DNA of 64,000 bases from Amphiscolops sp. MND2022 (Eukaryota): NCBI GenBank assembly GCA_964187785.1, contig OZ076409.1, positions 83,702,001 to 83,766,000 of the forward strand, in the 5' to 3' direction. The position numbers were made by a program, and so were the translations under genes. Of this stretch, positions 59,481 through 64,000 are shown piece after piece. Numbering within the stretch: position 1 is the stretch's first letter; each line of letters starts with the position of its first letter. The notes under the pieces are model-generated. The model ran no database searches. It worked only from the letters and a program-made list of their open reading frames with translations, and was not told where the DNA came from.

Positions 59481-60780
59481 ACCCACTCCATGTTCACTAA
59501 AAAACGTTTTGCAAGCATAGAGGACTCCTTAGGTTGTTCGACACGATGCGACTTTAGGGAGACATTTTAACGAAAAAATTACGTACTTAATTTTCTCATT
59601 TTTTGTTTTTGAGAGATTTCGGGTTGACAAAAACCTTTTTCTCAGTTTTAAGAGTAACCTCTGATCTTTTTTCAGTCCTGTGGGACAGATGAGAGTTTTC
59701 TCAATAATTGTGCACAAGTCGTACGTCTTTTTTTGGGTACTATGCAACTTTTTTCGGTTAAATGGTACTCCTTCACTCACTAAAAAGTTTTCGCATTGAA
59801 AAATCGTGTTGTAAAATCAATGGGTCTCCTTTTAGGTTTTTCGGTGTTGAGACGTTTTTTGAAAAAATATCCAAATGTTTTTGTTTGGTTGTTTCTAGTT
59901 TGAAACGAGTGGTTTTCGTCTTGTGGCTGTCCTTCAGGTATATTTTTGGCACTGCAAAATTGATTAAATTTTAACAATAGTCCCGAGCATATTTTTAAAA
60001 CTTTGTGCTTTGAGCCTAAAGTGTAGTGCCGCTTTTTTTTAAACCGAGGTGAAGGGTATCCATTATAATCTGCGGGATTTTGCTTTCCGATCAACCGATT
60101 AAAGTTTTTCAATTGGTTAACAATTTATTAAGCGGTTAATCCGTGGACTAGTTAAGTGATCCAAGCTCTATTTCCAACTAAAAGCAAATAAAAGTATATT
60201 CTATTAATTACCAGAAAAAGTTACCTCTCGTCTCGCTTGCAACTTCAGAATTCGACAAAAAATAGAAAAGTTTGTCATTAATTTCGTTTCAATCAACAGT
60301 TTAGTCGAATACTGACTGGTTCCTTTAGTGAAGTTTTGGTTTCCAGATGACAACAATCGAAAATGCAGCTTCGACAACTTTCAACCAAATATCTATTTTT
60401 CCTGTTTTCTCCCAATTATATCCTCATTTTCCACCCATATTTCCATATGGGAAAGAAACAATACGCATTTTTTCTCAAAATTTGCCATGTTCCAAGTTTA
60501 TACAACTAACATACACTTGGTTACGTCGGATATATTTTCCAGAGATTTCCAAACTTCTTAGTGATAACCAAAATTTACATCAAAACGACACAAGAAAGTC
60601 AATTTTCCCAATTTTATCCTTTCTATGCAATTTTTGGGCAGTTTTTATCAGTTTAGCAGGTTCGAAAAACTTCGTTTTTGTCCGGAAGAAAGCCTATATG
60701 AACCGGAAGAGTCCTTCCGTCATATTTTGAACATTTCCTAGTAGGAAGATCTCCATCAGCTAGAAGAGAGCTGATTTCAC

Positions 60781-61136
60781 AATTTCTCTACGTGGTTGCC
60801 GAATAAGCAGTACGGTTTTTCTAAGTCGGCGCCCTTTCGGATACTATTTCCCCATAATAAGCTTTGGAACCATTTTTACAACTAAGTGGTCAAGCAAAAG
60901 CTGGCTTGAAGCTGTGGTTTCAAAGTGATTCGCTCAAAGTCGCCAAAGTCTGACCCGTCAGTTGCTCTTTTTAATTGCTTTTTACCGCCGAATTCATTAT
61001 ATTTTGTCATGACCATACCACTAAGCTAGGGATGAAGACCTTGCTCAAGGCCCAACAATGGTGAAATAAGAAAGATTCGAACCAGATACCACCCCAGTGT
61101 AGGACCAATGCTCTAAGCACTGCACCGTGCTCCCCC
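60781..61136 (-). mobile_element. tRNA-derived SINE, copy 3 (more diverged)
   Basis: Reverse complement aligns along its length with 2838-3204. Confidence 0.8.
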
Positions 61137-61567
61137 AATTGAAACTTTAGGAAGAAACGGAGAGACCCAATTTTGAGTTTCATCCATTCACACAATGACT
61201 TTTGTTGTTGATTTGATTGGAACAAATTGAAGCAGGGGAGGGCCGTCATTTTTTTCAACTTTAAAAAAAATCCAGTTTTTCCCAGTTTTTTCCTCAAAAC
61301 AAAAAGTTTGCAGTTGAAAAGGAAAAATTAAATCTCTTTGCACTGAATTTTTGAATCTTGAAGATTGAAAAACAGGCGAATAATGACAAACAAAATCAGG
61401 AGTCATTGATGAACGTGATGTAAAATTCATCGTAAAAAATTACAAAGAAGTTAGTCAGACAAAATGAAAATAGATGAATGCTAGCAACTAACCACTTGAC
61501 TTTGTTATACTTCCTACAGATACTTGAAGACTTGAACAATCACAAAGACTGAGAGGTAGAAACAAGG

Positions 61568-62302
61568 ATGCCTGTCGAAGACATTTCCAAAATAGGCGAA
61601 GACACCGTCAAAGAGGTTCGAGATGCGTTTTTGAAGTTCGAAAATGAAGAGTTGGACGATGCTACCAAGATGCCGAAACGATTCTACGCCGAAGATATCG
61701 AAGACTTCAAGACTAACGACAACACTGTCAAGTTCTATTACACTATGGGCCAAAAAGATGTGAAAGAAGCTGTGGAATTTACCAAAGCAAGTTTCGCCTG
61801 GAGAAAAGAGTTTGGAATTCGTGATTTGACTTTGGATAGTTTCCCCGAAGAAGTGAAAGCGTGCAATGCGTTTTCGACTCATGGGGTCGATTCCGAGGGC
61901 CACAAAGTTTTCTGGATTTTTGCTGTCAGAGTCAAACGAACCAAAAAAGAATTGGACATCTGGTGCAAATATCTGGCTTATAATCTGGAAATTTTGTACC
62001 AACAGCGAGGTGCCGAGCGACTGGTTTGTGTGCTAGACTTGACCAATATTGGCGTGTCAAATTACGACATGGATTTAGTTGGGTTTATGGTGAAGTGTTT
62101 CCAGAATTATTATCCGGATTTGCTGGTGTATCAGTTGAACTTCAACATGGCCTGGACTCTCAAGACGGTGTGGAACATTATCAAGACCTGGATGACTGCC
62201 GAATCTATTGCCAGAGTGAAGTTTGTGAAAAACAAAGAAATCGAGCCTTACATACCCCCAGAGCACGTCCCTAAACACATGGGTGGGCAATATGACGTCT
62301 GA
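61568..62302 (+). CDS. CRAL-TRIO (Sec14-like) lipid-binding protein resembling the N-terminal half of MOSPD2
   Basis: Intact 244-aa ORF; WRKEFGI, HGVDSEG, VLDLTNIG, FQNYYPD, KTVWNIIKTWM, IPPEHVPKHMGG. Confidence 0.88.
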   Translation: MPVEDISKIGEDTVKEVRDAFLKFENEELDDATKMPKRFYAEDIEDFKTNDNTVKFYYTMGQKDVKEAVEFTKASFAWRKEFGIRDLTLDSFPEEVKACNAFSTHGVDSEGHKVFWIFAVRVKRTKKELDIWCKYLAYNLEILYQQRGAERLVCVLDLTNIGVSNYDMDLVGFMVKCFQNYYPDLLVYQLNFNMAWTLKTVWNIIKTWMTAESIARVKFVKNKEIEPYIPPEHVPKHMGGQYDV

Positions 62303-62746
62303 TTGAAATTGTAGACTGCAGTTTTCTCCAAATCGACCCCCAAAAAAGTCGAAGCTCTTTTTGTGTTATAGATGAAAATATTACTGATGGTGGCGGAAAA
62401 ATCATAAGAGATATAGAATTTGAGGTCAATGGGGTCGGAATGAGAAAACGCAAACCAAATTGACTTTACTAATCAAACTATTCAATCTACTTTAAATTCT
62501 GAAAATAATTGTCTCATTAACTTGATCAACAAATTACTAATTACAAGTTACATATCACGCTGCAGTTTATCTATGCGTTGCAATATTACAGGAAGACATA
62601 TAGTGTTCGAAAAGAAATAAAAAAACAAAGCTGTGTAAAAACTGAGTGACCTATGCATGAAACTGTTCATGGAGTTTTAGAAAAATCAGGAACCTGTTGT
62701 TTGTGAAAAATTAAAAAAATACCAATTTCAGCCTATTCCATACAGG

Positions 62747-62840
62747 AACAAGCCGGGAACGGCCCAAGTCGGCGCCATATCTAAGGCTCAAAAATAGCGA
62801 AAGGACTTCAAAGTGTCAAGTATTCTCTTCTACAGTACCC
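62747..62840 (+). repeat. Fragment of the DINE-1/HINE-like repeat family
   Basis: Matches 13170-13265. Confidence 0.7.
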
Positions 62841-63019
62841 GCGTGAGGAAAAATTTTAAAAGAAATTTTTTTTCGAGAAGGTCTGAAATGGAAAGTGCGG
62901 GAAAATTGGACAACAAAATTAGTTGTTCGGCATATTTTTCCCAAAATGACATAAGAACAAAAGTCAAAGTGTCATTTCTTCTAACTTCCAGCTGCGACTT
63001 TGGTTTTAGGTTACGTTCG

Positions 63020-64000
63020 AACCTCGAACAAAACACACAGTTCGACTCCGATGCGGAACATTTATGTAATGGGCTCCAATTCGGATTGTTGCACATCTGC
63101 ATGGTCAGATTCCGGTGAACTATGGTTTTGGTCTGGCACCGAATTTTGCCATTCTTTGTATCGGTTCTTCTTTGATCAATTGTTTTTCTTTTGCTGTAAT
63201 CAAAGCTTCGGGTATTGTGTTTTTTTTGTTCTTCTTCTCATATGTAATTTGTTTTACCAATTCAGTTGCTTTCTTTCCAGGAGTTTTTTCCTTCAACATA
63301 TTTTCCTCGTAATTTTTTTAATCGGTGATCGCCGTCAAAAATTTTGAAATCAATAACAAGTTGCAATATTTCTCGATTTCGATAAATTTTCTTCAGAATT
63401 CTTCCGGTGTCTCATTTTCCAACTGTTTGGCCCAAACGAATCTCCTCGATTGTAGTAGGTGTTACGCTTCGGTAGGTAATGTTCGGTATATAACCGGATT
63501 AGTCCTTTTTTTCATACTATCCGGTTCCGTTTTACATTCAACTCGTTTTGTTTGGTAAAGGGCTTCTGGTCACACTTCTGGTCCCCATATAAAATCTTCT
63601 TGAACTGCCGTTTCTTTCCCGGTCCATTCGGCATCCGTAATATCTTTTCCTTTCAGAAGTGGTGTAATGTCGATTTTATGTTCCCGTTTCGTAAACTACC
63701 GGAATCTTTCTAACCACTGTCTCGGTGTGAATATTGGGATTTCGTCTGATGTTTTCGCTTCTCGGTTCGGTATGATATTTTTTTCTGTCATGGCTTCAGT
63801 TAAGGAATTTTCAGTTTGCTAAAAAACTTGCTGATTGCACCATGTTGTATTCTAGACTTGTGAGATAAAACAGCTTTCTAAAATAGTTTCCTTCTATATC
63901 AAACGTATAGCATCGTATCAGAACTTAAAGTGATATATCAAAATTTTATATCAATTGTCTTTGTTTTTAATTAAGGCAGGTGATTGTCTATGACCGAAAC
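63020..64000 (-). mobile_element. Second Gypsy element fragment (LTR end, PBS, degraded gag) running off the window
   Basis: Minus strand reads ...AACA (63843) then PBS TGGTGCAATCAGCA; gag IFTPRQWLERFR and CNNPNWSPLHKC are homologous to 6494-7600. Confidence 0.85.

Overview
Eukaryotic genomic DNA, probably from an invertebrate animal, made up almost entirely of mobile elements. The main content is two complete, distantly related Polinton/Maverick-type endogenous DNA viruses about 3 kb apart. Polinton A (13268-27178) has ~280-bp TIRs, AGTAGT...ACTACT ends and a 6-bp TSD CTCGAA, and is very AT-rich. Polinton B (30143-53231) has 52-bp TIRs, AG...CT ends and a 6-bp TSD AGCTCC, with all genes on the minus strand. 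Each encodes protein-primed PolB, rve integrase, packaging ATPase, adenain-like protease and major and minor capsid proteins, and each carries some nonsense or frameshift lesions. Their apparent expression signals differ sharply. In A, 10 of 12 gene starts are TAAATG (the poxvirus late-promoter motif), and there are intergenic hairpins, two tandem ATPases and dispersed GC-rich mini-hairpin inserts. B has palindromic E2F-like sites next to its right TIR, splice-acceptor-like sites before several ORFs, PLA2-, PC4- and BC-box-like genes and an internal 21-copy ~149-bp array ending in an inverted unit. The window also holds a Ty3/Gypsy LTR element lacking its integrase core (6193-10343), a second Gypsy fragment at the right edge, three copies of a tRNA-derived SINE, a DINE-1/HINE-like repeat family, a MULE transposase remnant and one intact intronless CRAL-TRIO gene (61568-62302). 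All protein calls come from motif recognition by eye; no searches were run.
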